Source: Dendrobates tinctorius (lineage: Eukaryota). From it: a DNA stretch of 64,000 bases. The stretch's first letter is position 1. Each line of letters opens with the position of its first letter. The stretch is from the NCBI RefSeq assembly GCF_039654945.1, contig NW_027361774.1:434001-498000 (forward strand), given 5' to 3'. Both the position numbers and the translations under genes were made by a program. The notes beneath the pieces are model-generated. The model searched no databases and was not told where the DNA came from. It saw nothing but the letters and a program-made list of their open reading frames with translations. Below, piece by piece: positions 63,101 through 64,000 of this stretch.

Positions 63101-64000
63101 TGCGTAGACAGATCCGGGGAAAACACCAGGATGTCGTCCAAGTAAACCACCACGCAGACATAGAGAAGGTCTCGGAATATGTCATTAACAAATTATTGGA
63201 ACACTGCGGGGGCATTGCACAAGCCGAAGGGCATAACCAGGTACTCATAGTGGCCGTCTCGGGTGTTGAAGGCGGTCTTCCATTCATCGCCAGAGCGGAT
63301 CCGGACCAGATTGTAGGCCCCCGAAGATCTAATTTCGTGAAGATCCTTGCACCCCGTAGACGGTCAAATAGCTCCGGAATAAGAGGAAGGGGGTATTTGT
63401 TCTTAATGGTGATATCATTGAGACATCTATAGTCTATACAGGGACGAAAGGACCCATCCTTCTTCTTGACAAAAAAGAATCCGGCTCCCGCGGGTGAGGG
63501 CGACTTGTGAATAAAGCCTTTGGCCAGATTTTCCTGGACGTATTCAGACATAGCCTGAGTCTCGGAAGGGGACAGCGGGTAGATTCGACCACGAGGCGGC
63601 GTGGAACCGGAGACAAGGTTGATGGGGCAGTCATATGGACGATGTTGAGGCAGGGTCTCTGCTTCCTTCTTGTCAAAGACGTCCAAAAAGGCCCAATAGG
63701 CGGAAGGTAGCTCGGTAGACGTCAACCTAGAACGTGAGGAATCTTGCGGCTGTACGGTGAGCAGACACTTATTTTGGCAAGGTTGGCCCCACCGCAGGAT
63801 GTCTCCAGAACGCCAGTCCAGGATAGGTTTGTGTGTTCTTAGCCAGGGAAGGCCCAAAAGAATGGTATGGGATAAAGAAGGCAGCACGTAAAATACAATC
63901 TTCTCCCGGTGCAAGGCTCCGACCTGAAGTTCCACTTCTTCTTCAGTGACCTGAGTAACGGACTCCCGGAGGGGTTGGCCATCGACCGACGCAATCTGCC
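60151..64000 (-). mobile_element. Ty3/Gypsy chromovirus-type LTR retrotransposon: pol (RT, RNase H, integrase, chromodomain) and 3' LTR 60151-60938; continues beyond the window
   Basis: CIDYR, YLDD, LEVDAS, IAMDFITDLP, IVSDRG, HPQSNGQTER, chromodomain FEVKEIL...WKGFGPEERSWEP; polypurine tract AAGAGGGGGG next to TGTCAC...CTCACA LTR; about two frameshifts. Confidence 0.93.

Overview
Eukaryotic, repeat-rich DNA, inferred to be frog (anuran) from the gene family and repeats; there are no bacterial operons or CRISPR arrays. The backbone is a cluster of three near-identical paralogous FAX/KRAB-like C2H2 zinc-finger genes (XlCOF/XlCGF type). Copy A is on the minus strand (1427-3526, finger exon outside the window). 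Copy B is on the minus strand (39087-47778), complete, 390 aa with 4 fingers. Copy C is on the plus strand (57136-58197, finger exon outside the window). A ~100-bp promoter-like module occurs four times next to candidate non-coding first exons and is associated with a 110-bp satellite and a 30-bp CpG-rich minisatellite. The 110-bp array has a higher-order repeat and hosts a nested insertion: a solo LTR (4-bp TSD) containing a young Neptune-type Penelope-like element (14-bp TSD). That element has a 2.63-kb inverted duplication of its 3' half and carries two copies of a minimal hammerhead-ribozyme motif with a non-canonical U3-A8 core. Other elements are a decayed piggyBac with nested Tc2-type MITEs, Tc1 fragments, Harbinger-type MITEs, an L1 ORF2 remnant, further solo LTRs and a chromodomain Ty3/Gypsy element. 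All coordinates were read by hand, and most short ORFs in the track are spurious.
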